Origin: the human T2T-CHM13v2.0 reference genome, Homo sapiens
Reading direction: 5' to 3' (one strand)
DNA: 64,000 nucleotides
Assembly (NCBI RefSeq): GCF_009914755.1
Contig: NC_060925.1
The position numbers and the translations under genes were made by a program. The notes beneath the pieces were generated by a model, which made no database searches, was not told the origin of the DNA, and saw only the letters and a program-made list of their open reading frames with translations. Shown piece after piece: positions 30,662 to 41,986 of this stretch (position 1 is its first letter; each line of letters starts with the position of its first letter).

Positions 30662-31192
30662 CATGTTTGATTCTCGATGCAGATCCAGCCCTGGGAAGAA
30701 AGCACCGCTGGCCATGACTGGGCAGAGCCAGAGAGTGACTAAGGGGCTGTTAGGACAGAGACAGTGGGTTTTGCAGTGATGTGAGCTTTGACGGAAGTGG
30801 CCACACTGCAGGCCCCCACAGCGTCACTAGTAGGCCAAGCGGACACTGCGGGACACGTTCCCCAACGTGGGATGTCCGTCCTCAGCAGTCTGTGGCCTTC
30901 TGTGAAGCAAAGCCGTTTTGCAGGCTGGGTTCATCCCCGTTCCAGGCCCGCACTAGTGGCGCCTGGTTATCAGGTGTGGTGAGGAGCTTTGCTGCCCTGG
31001 AGCGTCGCTTTGTGGGCAGAAGCCAACTTTGGAATCGCCTCATGGCTGGCCCTGGACCTCTCCTCCTTCCTTCCTTGTTGGTTGCTGTTAAGCCAGCCTT
31101 GGGCACCAGGGACAGTGGGGACGTGGCTGTGCACCGGGCCCAGGGCTGGCAGGAGGCTGCTTCAGGGCTCTGGACCAGAGCAGTGTGTGGCT

Positions 31193-31447
31193 GGTGGTAC
31201 CTGTGGCTGGCGTGGGTCTGGCGGGTCTGGTGGTGCCTGTGGCTGGCGTGGGTCTGGCGGGTCTGGTGGTGCCTGTGGCTGGTGTGGGTCTGGCGGGTCT
31301 GGTGGTGCCTGTGGCTGGCGTGGGTCTGGCGGGTCTGGTGGTGCCTGTGGCTGGCGTGGGTCTGGCGGGTCTCGTGGTGCCTGTGGCTGGCGTGGGTCTG
31401 GCGGGTCTGGTGGTGCCTGTGGCTGGCGTGGGTCTGGCGGGTCTGGC
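31193..31447. repeat. 36-bp minisatellite x7
   Basis: Unit CTGTGGCTGGCGTGGGTCTGGCGGGTCTGGTGGTGC. Confidence 0.97.
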
Positions 31448-33984
31448 ATGTTTGGTGGTGCCTGCCATCAGGCTGCCGATGGATGAGCCTGCCTGTCCCC
31501 CACGGATTGGAGTTTTGCCCAGGGGTGCTGTGCCCTGGTCATTGTCCCCTACAGCCAGGCAGTAAAGTGTGGCCAGCACCTTGCTGCAAGAGAGGGACAG
31601 AGGTCATCTGTCTACGAGCTAGAGCAAGGGCAGGTGGGCCCACTGGCTGGCGCTGCGTCTGGGTTCGGTCCTGGACCTGCTGCGTGTTATCCTCCCTGCG
31701 GGCCTGGCATGGGAGTAGGGGCTGAGAGATGCTGGTGACACCACTCTGACGCCACGGCCTGAGGCAGCCGTTGGACAGTGCCCATCTTGAATGCAGCCCT
31801 GGTGACCTGAAGCCCCTGCGTTGGTCCCTCACAGGCCAGGGGGTGTGGCCACAGGGCCTGGGCTTTGTCCCGTTTACGAGAGGTCAGGCGGTCACAGGGT
31901 AATGGGAGGCCTGTGGTTCCTGGGCTGCCATCTGGCGATTGTAAAACGGGCAGTGTGCAGTGTTGAGGGGGCGCTGGGGAAACAAGCTGCCGGCTGAGGA
32001 GGCCGCACTCCCCGTGCCTCCCGGGCAGACACCTCACGGCCTTTCTCTGGGTGTCTGAACCCAAGGTGAAAAGTTCAGGCTGTCCCTGCTCTCCAGAGGG
32101 GCTGGAGGTGGGGCGGGAGCAGAGACTGGACCTGGCCAGCCCCTCCCGCTTCCCTTCCTCTGGGCCCCTGGACTCTGGGGGCGAGGGCAGGGCTGTTTGG
32201 CTGTTGGACATCCTTGCTGTCCCTTTGCTGGACTCTCCAGAGGACCAGCATGGAGGTGCACAAGTTCACATTTGTCCCTCTCCTGCCCCAGGGCACCTGG
32301 CCCTGTCCCGGGCCACCCCAGGCTGGACCAGCTGCCCATGTCACCAGGCCAGGCGCTTTCCCTGTGAATGAGCCGATGGCCGCAAGTGCCTGGCCTCAGG
32401 CCTGGGCTGTGGGGATGACTGAGGCCCAGTGAGGAGTGGGCTGGGGCCTGGTGTGACCTGCACGGTCTGTGGGGGTTGGAGGGATGCGCGACTTGGGCCC
32501 ACCCCAGAACTTGGGGTTTCCTGATGGGTGTTGGGGTGCACACAAGCTTGGGCTCCTTTGTGATTGGCGACCCCAGGGTCCCGGGACAGTCCCTGAGAAG
32601 CACAGAGGCCTGGACACTCCCACCTCCCAGTCAGGCCCTGCCACATCCTCCCTGATGGCTCCAGGGGCTTTTGTTCACTGAAGAACACTTGCTGTCCTCC
32701 CCTCAGAAGAGTCTGCTCGGTGGGGGAGCCGCAGGGGGCTGCTCCCTGTCCAGGCCAGAGAAACCAGGCAGCCTCTCCCGCCGGGAGAGGTCCCCCACAG
32801 GAGCCTGTTATGGAGCCGCGTGGCGCCTGGGCTGGTGTCACCCCTGGGAGCCCCCTTTTAAAGAAGACTCATTCAATGTCCCTCTCTCAGACGGCCTCCA
32901 GCGTGGCGATTAAGCGCTCAGATGCTGGCAGGTTCCGCGGAGCGCCCGGCTGCCCTCGGCAGGGGCTTTGTGTTGGCTGCCCTGCCCCGGGCTGACCCCA
33001 GACGCTCGCCTTTTGTGCTACGCTGCTCTCGCCCCTCGGGAACCTTTGTCCCATTGAGCCCCGCCATTGCCTGGGGCCCCTTGCCTGTCCCTGCGGGCCC
33101 GCCCCAGGGCGGGGATTGTGGCCCTGGTCCCCTGGGGGGGGGGTAGGGGGCTTTTGGTGGCCTAAGGGGACCCTCTGAGCACTCATGCAGGCCTCCCCCC
33201 AACCTCACGTCCAGGTCTGTTGCCGAGGGGCCAGGAGATTCTGACATTGTGCGATGGCCCCAGAGGTTGACATCCTGGGGAGGATTGGCTGGTGATGCTT
33301 CCAGAAAGTGGTTTTTGAAGATGCATCTGGTCCTGGCCCGTGGATGGCTGGCGGGACTGGGAGAGACACTCCGGGCCACTGGCTGCTTTCTCGCAGCTGT
33401 TCTCCTCTGGGAGGACTTGCCCCTGTGGGCAGGTGCAGGGGCACTGAGCGGAGGGGCTTGGGGGCCTCTGCCCGCCCCAGGCCACCTTGCTCTCTCTCCA
33501 GGCCTGCGTCCTGCAAAGAGGCCGGGTCAAAAGGTCACTGCCCCGATTTTTATTGCTGTCTCTTACGTTCTCACGACCTCTTGCCCTCTGCACAGATGGG
33601 CGGGGCTGGAGCTTCCACGAGGGCCGGCCTTTCCGGGGATTAAAAACCCACTGAAAGGTCTGAGCCTAGCTACCAAGCTTAAATGTCTTAGTAGCTTAAA
33701 AATGGTGTTAAAAATTAAGCAAAACACACATAGACTTCCAGGTTTAGCATAAATAGAAACCAGAGGTGTTGAGACCGTGCTGCCCCCTCAAACCAGCGCA
33801 GTGGAAAGAGGGGCAGAGCCCTCCACAGGAGCCCTCCGCTGGGGGGTTGGGGAGACGGCCCTGGCCCAGCGTCTGCAGCTCCCAGCGGCACTGAATGGCA
33901 GTGGCCGTCCCTGTGGTCTGGGGGCCTCCTTCCCCCACAGGCTACACAAGCCCTGGTCCTGCCAAGGCTCGGGGAAGCCCTTTG

Positions 33985-34130
33985 TGACTTTAGAAAAATA
34001 ATAATGGAGGGTGAACTGGTTCCTATTTTTGCATTGTAATTGATTGCCAAGAACCCCTGAAATTAAATACAACCATGTATTTTAAATGGTGTCCTTAATG
34101 TAGAATGTTTTTATCAAAACCAAAACTCCC
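33985..34130. promoter_or_regulatory. Candidate regulatory AT island
   Basis: CTATTTTTG (MEF2-like), CATTGT (SOX), TAATTGATTG, AATTAAAT. Confidence 0.35.
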
Positions 34131-34629
34131 TGTTGAGGCCTTAGTGTTCTGTCAATAGCGTGTTGGAGTCTGGTTCCCGTCTCCCCTGCCCCGGCCTATG
34201 TGTGCTGACCCTGGGACCGGTGAGGCAGTTCTCACCACGCCCCGAGCCTCCCCCTCCCACGCCCCGAGCCTCGCCCTCCCACGCCCCTCCTGCCCCCGAG
34301 GCTCGCTGGCGTCTGTGCTTCTTCCAGGCGGAGGGGGAGGTGGTAGGCACCTTGGGTCTTAAATCAGAGAAACTGTCCCAGCAGTAGTAAAAGTCATCAG
34401 CTGGCCCCAAAGAGCCCCTGGAAACACAGGCTGTACCCCGCCTCCATGGAGACATTTGGTGCCACCTGCGTTCAGTGCAGATGCCACACGGCTCTTCCTG
34501 AGATGGCTTCCGAGGCCATTTGGCCCTTCATCTCGGGAACAGACCAAGGGGGTGTTTTCGGCCGTCTGAGACCCACCTGGGGGTGTCTGGGCCTTGGCCA
34601 TGCTGCCTTCTCCAAGCCCCATGCTTCTC

Positions 34630-34830
34630 CCGGCCCCTCCTCCTTCCCACTGGCGCCGGAGACCTTTGGTAGTGGGTGTGGAAAGACAGCAGCTGTGGGG
34701 TCCCTGTCCTGGCCGGCCACTCCTCCTTCCCACCAGTGCCGGAGACCCTCGGAAGTGTATGTGGAAAGACAGCAGCTGTGGGGTCCCTATCCTGGTCAGA
34801 GGGTGGCATTCCTCCCACAGTCCTGGGAGC
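34630..34830. repeat. 83-bp tandem duplication (~2.3 copies)
   Basis: gccggagacc at 34655 and 34738; gtggaaagacagcagctgtggggtccct twice. Confidence 0.88.
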
Positions 34831-36937
34831 CACAGGGCTGAGATGGGACTTCTCAGCTTGGCATGGGGAGGGCAGGACGGGGTGGCTGCCATGCCTCATT
34901 CTGTCTGTGATGGAAACGGGAGGGCCTGGCCCTGCCTCTGTTACTGAGCTTGAGCCAGGGACACCCGTGACCCTGCCTGGGGCGGTCCTCCCCAGCCTTG
35001 TGAGCCAGGGCAGAGGTGCAGGTTGGGTGGCTGACCTGGTGGGGGGTAAGAACATCCACGGAGAAGTGTGACGAGTGTGCGACCAGAGTGTGGACCCAGC
35101 CAGGAGGCCTGACCGTGACTGCAGCCTCCCCCAGCATTGCACCAAAGTGTGCTCGTGCAGGACCTCGAAGATGCCCCGTGGGCAGCGTTCGGGCTGAGGC
35201 TGCAGGGGGCCTTGGGAGCACGGTGGCCCTCCTGTCTGTTCTGTGGACCGGGTGCGGATGGGCCGTGCAGGCAGACGTGCTCTTGGGTGGTTGTGGTGGG
35301 GATGCCTCTCCGCCCACCACCCTCTCACTCACTGCCCTGGCTGGAAGGTGACGGCATCTCCCTGACCGGCAGCGCCAGGATGGCAGCCCCACAACAGTGT
35401 CCTGGTCGCCCCAGAGGCATGCTGAGCGCCCATGCGTGTGCGCAGGTCCTACGGGCCGTGTCCAGACCCAGCCCCGGGGTCAGGTGACACCTGTAGTTGG
35501 GTGGGCGCTCACACAGGCACCTCCCGGTAAGGGGGATTGAGGAAGGTAGCGCTTTGTAAATGGCACTGGTTTTGCTCCGAGGCTGGACTCCTTTTCCCTT
35601 TGAGGAGCTCTGCTCATGTGCTTTGCCTGCTTTCCCATGGCAGGCTTTTTATTGGTTAAATAAAGACACAAACTTTTCATCAGTCTTTGCAAATACTTGG
35701 TTCCGGCAAGTTCTTGGCCCTTCCCAGGCTTGGGGCTGCCGGCTCACGGTTCTTCTCTCTGCATTTCAGCCAGGCCCCCATATGCTGGGTTTGCAGGTCA
35801 CGACCACCCATGACGGCTGTGCTGCGTGGGGTGCAGTTCCCCGTGGGCGCCGAGGGTGGTGTGGGGCTGCCTCTCGCTCGCTCCACCAGCCACCCGAGGG
35901 CCCGTGTCCTGGTCGTGGCCGCGTGTGCTCTGCTGTGTGGGTGGTCAGTCCTCCCCAGGGGCCACCTGGATGGTGTCCACTCCTGCCCCATGGCAGGAAG
36001 TCCCAGCGGCACCTGGCCACGTCCCTCTAACATGTTTCTGGAAGTGGGATTCTAGGCTGGAGCCTCATAGCGGGCAGATACTGCCCCCTGGCCATGAGCC
36101 ATGACAGTTGGTTGATGGGACTTGAAGGGGCCTCTGGACAGTGTGGCTGCAGCCCTGGACCCTAGGAGAATAGCAGCCGTGATGGGGGGCAGGGACCCCA
36201 CTTTCTGGGTGGGAGTGAGGAGGGCCGGCTGCTGCCCCTTGCTGCAGTCATCTTCAGTCACTTTCCCGGCCGCCACGGCCCCCTCCTGGCTTCTTGCTCT
36301 CAGCAGAGGGGACAAGACCCTTGTGAGGGTGGGCACAGGCACTCCAATTGTTTGGGGCCTTCGCTGTCCCTTGCTGTCTGTGCTGGTCTTTCCAGGCATC
36401 CCCAGGCCGTGTGTGTCAGCGGGTGGAGGCTGGGCACCTCTCACCCACCCAAGCTGAAGCGGCCTCACAGGGGGTGGCACCAGGTGTTTCTCCAGCTGAA
36501 CAAGCTCGCCCTGGAACCCCCACCCTGAAAGGGCTACTGCCCCCATGAGAGGAGCTTCTAGAGATGGTGGCCAGCCTTGGGGGCCCGGTGGAGATGTGTT
36601 CGCGGGGTCCTGGTCTGATTCTGTCTTGGAAGGAACATCGGGCCCCTGAGAGGTCAGAGCAGTGGCCGGCCCACGGCTCCGCTCAGGCGCCACGGCGGCT
36701 CCTTTCTGTTTCTTGTAGTCACTGAGTTCGAGGTTCCCACAGGGAGGAGGCTTCCTGTGGCTCCGCCGTCAGGGAGCAGTGGGGCTGCCCCAGCCTCTGG
36801 GGGCTTTTTAGGTGCTCTGAGGCGATCTGGGTGTGGCCTGGCCGGTGTGGGCAGCTTTGCCCTTCGTCTGAGACCCCGAGCCCTGGGGCAGGATGAGGGG
36901 TGTGGGGAGAGTTTGCTTTTTCCAGAGACGTTTATCT

Positions 36938-37225
36938 GTTTTTTTTTTAGACGGAGTCTCGCTCTGTCGCCCAGGCTGGAGTGCAGTGGCGCGATCTCGG
37001 CTCACTGCAAGCTCCGCTCCCGGGTTCACGCCATTCTCCTGCCTCAGCCTCCCAAGTAGCTGGGACTACAGGCGTGTGCCATCACACTCGGCTAATTTTT
37101 TGTATTTTTAGTAGAGACGGGGTTTCACCGTGTTAGCCAGGATGCTCTCGATCTCCTGACCTTGTGATCCACCCACCTCGGCCTCCCAAGGTGCTGGGAT
37201 TACAGGCTGAGCCACCGCACTGGCC
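36938..37225 (-). mobile_element. AluY
   Basis: gcaagctccg; ttcacgccattctcc; TSD CGTTTATCT. Confidence 0.94.
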
Positions 37226-38561
37226 AGCGTTTATCTTTAAATGTGCCTTGGACCTGGCCCCTGGCTCTTTGGGAGGGAGAGTCCTTGGCAGGCCCCGTTG
37301 CCTCCACCCCACCAGTGCACCTTGGCTCCTGGTCACTGCCCACCCTCCCTGCCCGGGCAGGAATTCTTACAGGCCCTACACTCCTGAAGGGAAATCAGGC
37401 TGGTCCTGGGGCAGGCAGCCTCTCAGAGCTGTTGAGAATTGAGCAATCTCCTTGTGCTCTTTCAAGCTGTTCTTTTCTTTGGTTCACACTGAGCAAGGGC
37501 TGGTTGCTCCGATAGGGAGAAGACGTGAGGAGTGGCATTTACTGTGATTGAGCACAGGGCCTGTGGACTCTCCCATTCACGCAGCCACATTTCCCAAAAA
37601 GAAGTGGTCCTGCTCCCCACCCCCCGACCCCCACTGCAGCGCCACCTGCCTTTATCTGTACTTGGAGGGACAGCGCAGCAGGCTGTGGCTGGCTACCCCA
37701 GGTGGCTCCACCCAGCTCTCAGAAGTTCACCTGCTGCACTCAGAGGCCGTTTACTTGAGGTTTGATATTTATCTCCAAAGGAAGGGCTGCCCCGACTGGC
37801 CTGGACCCTCCAGGGAGTTCAGCAAGCCGGAAATGCGTGTCTGCTGCTCTCCTGGCCCCTGGGCCACCTGCTTCTGTGGCCCTGGGATTGGGGAGCCAGG
37901 GCTGAGGGCCTGTAGGGCCCCCTGTCTGTGCCTCTAGAGGCCCTGAGCCACCTCCTGCAGTGTTTTAGATCCCATAAGCAAGAGACAGAATTGTGCATGG
38001 ATGGTGAGAAAACATGAAGCTTTTTATTTGTAAACAGAAAATGGCAGGGCTCACTGTGTGGGGCTGGGGACAGCGCTAGGCCTGCTTTAGGCCGTGCACC
38101 CCAACCTGGGGTGTTCCACCAAGAGGGGTACAGTGGCCTCCACTGTGAGTATGTGGCCATCCTCTGGCTCCTGATTGCTGAGTTCCTGATTGCTGTCTTT
38201 GCGTAACTTAGGAACCCCGATGAAGAGCCCGTGCTCATAGCTCCGTTCCTGACATGTTCAGGAACGCCTCTGTTGAGGTTTTTCTCTTTGGTTCTGGAAT
38301 TCCTGGGTCCCTTTGACCCCTGATGCGTTTGTTTTGGGTGTTGATGAGCACTGGAGCTGCTTCCCCACAGGGATGGGGCATTGGGGAGATTCCGACACAG
38401 CAGGGCCCTCACCCAGGAGGCTGCTGTGGGTGCTGGAGCGGTTGCTTCCATGGAGCTGGGATTCCTCTCATTTGGGGCTGTAGGAAGGGGTCTTTCCTCT
38501 CTGTGCTAACAGTTGTTTGTTTAAAAAGAAAGGCTGTTTAAACCTTTCAAACTTAAAACTT

Positions 38562-38700
38562 CTTTTTTTCTTTGGAGATGGAGTCTCACCCTGTCTCCTC
38601 CCAGGTTCAAGTGATTGTCATGCCTCAGCCTCCTGAATAGCTGAGATTACAGGCACATGCTACCATGCCCAGCTAATTTTTGTAGTTTTAGTAGAGACGG
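38562..38700 (-). mobile_element. Partial AluS (right arm and linker)
   Basis: Ends at gtagagacgg, directly at the LTR start. Confidence 0.88.
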
Positions 38701-39046
38701 TGATATGGTTTGGCTGTGTCCCCACCCCAATCTCAACTTGAATTGTATCTCCAAGAATTTCCATGTGTTGTGGGAGGGACCCAGGGGAGGCAATTGAATC
38801 ATCGGGCTGGTCTTTTCTGTGCTATTCTCGTGATAGTGAGTAAGTCTCATGCGATCTGATAGGTTTATTAGGGGTTTCTGCTTTTGCTTCCTCCTCATTT
38901 TTTCTCTTGCCGCTGCCATGTAAAAAGTGCCTTTCACCACCCGCCATGATTCTGAGGCTTCCCCAGCCATGTGGAACTGTAAGTCCAATTAAACCTCTTT
39001 TTGTTCCCAGTTTCGGGTATATCTTCTTCAGCAGCGTGAAAATGGA
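38701..39046 (+). mobile_element. THE1A-like solo LTR (ERVL-MaLR), last bases missing
   Basis: tgatatggtttggctgtgtcccc; tcaacttgaattgtatctcc; ggggtttctgcttttgcttc; ccaattaaacctcttt. Confidence 0.92.
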
Positions 39047-39450
39047 GTGCACACACACGTCAGCACTGTGGGCGCACACACCTGCACTCACACATTCATC
39101 AGGACCCATGGGCACACGTGCACACACACGTCAGTCCTGTGGGTGCACACACCTGCACTCACACATTCATCAGGACCCATGGGCACACGTGCACACACGT
39201 CAGCACCGTGAGCGCACACACCTGCACTCACGCACACACCTGCACTCACGCACTCAGGACCGACGGACATACGTGCACACACACATCAGCACCGTGGGCG
39301 CACACACCTGCACTCAACGCACTCGTCAGGACCCACGGGCAGATGTACACACATGCACCAGCACCCGTGGACACGTGCACGCACACATCAGCACCCATGG
39401 GCATACATGGATGCACACATCAGTACCATGGGCACACACACATGCACCCA
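39047..39450. repeat. CA-rich ~71-bp minisatellite, degenerating toward 3'
   Basis: gtgcacacac starts at 39047, 39118 and 39189. Confidence 0.9.
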
Positions 39451-41130
39451 CTCCCGATGGCTTCGGCTTGCTGGGTGCCTGCTTCGCCCTCGGGTGAGCA
39501 AGTCTGGAGGCAGGCACTTGGGGTGGGGCCACAGTATGGTTCTTAGGAGCCCAGTGTCCCCTGGACCCACTTGCTCCCAGCCTTGGGTCCCAAAGTGCTG
39601 CTCCCACTGGTCTCTGTGCCCCACCCATCATGGGCAGGGCTGTCTGAACAGGGCAGAGTCACGAGTGATGCAAGGGTGGGGTGTGGAGGCCTTGCCTAGA
39701 GGCAGCAGCCAGCTCTGGCTTGGCTGGGCCTTACCTTCACTGTCCTGCTGTGAGACGCAGGAGCCCTGGGGGAGGACGGCAGTCTGTATCAGGGCAGTGG
39801 TGAAACTGCAGATTCCTAAATGTGATCTGGAGACGACTCTTGCTGGAGAAATCTACCCAGGTCCCTTGGGTCTGTCCCTCCCTTCACCCTCCACAGTCAG
39901 GGACAGGCTGCGTGGTGTGCCTCCCCATCTGTGCGTGGCCTCAGCGCAGCAGGCCTGTCCTGCCCATTGCTAAAGGTAGAGCCCGGCAGATTCATTGTGT
40001 GGTGAGGGCTTCCCCAGACCCACCAACTCCTGTGTCTTCCCATGGTGAGAAGGGTGGGGTCTCTCTGGGGCCTTTTTTTTTTTAGGAAGTCACTGATGCC
40101 ACTCAGGTGGGTGCCCAGCTCCCCACCTGATCTCTGGAGTGGCCCCTTCTGCTGGAGGCTGCCCCAGGCTGGATGCCGTGGCCTGCAGACCCCCCTTCTT
40201 GCAGTCCCTGGGCAGGCAGCACCCATGCGCACACGTGCACACAGGCCGTGAGCACTGCCCTGTGAGCCAGGTGGTGGTGGGGGGTGTTGGGGCTAAGGTT
40301 TGGTTAGGGCCCGAGTGCTTGCGCACCCCCCCATCCAATTTCCCATGGTGCTGGGATGCTGCCGCCTCCTGGACCCTGGCGTTGAAGTGCCACCTTCATC
40401 TCCCTCCCCAGACAGTAAGCTCCAGACAAGGGCAGGCTGTGGCCGTCACTCTGGCCAGCTGCTCGGGGGCTTGGTGGCTGCTGGGTGGTCGCCTGGACTC
40501 TGCCCTCCTGTCTCCTGGTGTCCCGGAGGGGCCTTGCTGGGCTGGGCCCTCCACCGCCCCATTGGGCGCCTGACTCTCAGGGCGCAGTCAGTTCTTTGGG
40601 GATGGCCCTGATCTCTGAGCGGGACTGCCTCTGGCCTTTCTTCTGCATCCCCTACGGAACAGCAGCCTGCTAGACGCCCTGAGGAGGCAGGCTGAGGGGT
40701 GGAAGGGGCGTGGCCGTGCCCAGCAGAGACCACCCTCTGATGACGGTGGGCGTCCTTTCCAGCCCCTCTCGGGGCATCGCTTCATCCCTTCCCCCATTTC
40801 CTTCCTGGCCCTGCTCTCCAAGTCTTGTGTGTGTGGTGGGGCCTGGCTTCCCTCCCGGCCTCTCGCCTGTTCCCGCCCATCCCTCTCTGGTTCTCTCAGG
40901 CCTCCTCTGGGCTTGCCAGGAATGTAGGGGAATTAGGGGGAGGGGGACACAGGAAATGCCTCCCCTCCTCTGACAACAGCTCCAGCTGCAGGGGGAGGGG
41001 GGAGGGGAGAGCAGAGTGGGTGAGACGAGGGAGGGCTGAAGGGGGGAGTCGGCTTGGGGGGAGAGTGTTCTCCTGCCCACCCAGGCACTGGGCGTGGCCC
41101 AGCCCCACAGACAGAACAGTTCTTTCTTCC

Positions 41131-41268
41131 TTATTTTATTTTTTATTAGAGACAGGGTCTCACTCTGTCGCCCAGGCTGGAGTGCAGTCGTGTGATTGGC
41201 CTCAAGCGATTCTCCCACCTCAGCCTTCCAAAGCACTGGGATTACAGCAGTGAGCCAGTGTGCCCAGC
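41131..41268 (-). mobile_element. Internally deleted AluJ/monomer
   Basis: gagacagggtctcactctg joined to ctcaagcgattctcccacc...gtgcccagcc. Confidence 0.85.
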
Positions 41269-41502
41269 CTCTTCCTAAGTTTACACCAGTGTGGGCATCC
41301 AGTGAGGGGAACTGGCCTGTGATGCGGTGGTCCTTGTGACATGTCAGGCAGTTTTAGAGTAGGGTTTGTTAAAACATGGGTTAAATTGGGCCCCACCCCC
41401 AGCCCTCCACTCCTCAGCCATTCAGGAGAAGCGCGAGGCATGGGTGCGCGAAAATTCTGAGTCTGCCTTCCACCTGAACCCCCTCTGGAAGGTCTGACCA
41501 CG

Positions 41503-41893
<391 letters not shown>

Positions 41894-41986
41894 TTAAAAT
41901 ACCCCGGAATGGTCTTGGAAAGAGCCACTTCTGGGAGTCTTCCCTTACCCGCCACACACCTTTTAAAGAGAAACCTGAAGACACCT

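Noticed and set aside
30781-31725. 314-aa Trp-rich ORF and overlapping Pro- or Gly-rich ORFs
   Set aside because: Produced by the in-frame 36-bp repeat; open in many frames.
38244-38266. Perfect 9-bp inverted repeat CGTTCCTGA-catgt-TCAGGAACG
   Set aside because: A few such hairpins are expected by chance in 64 kb.
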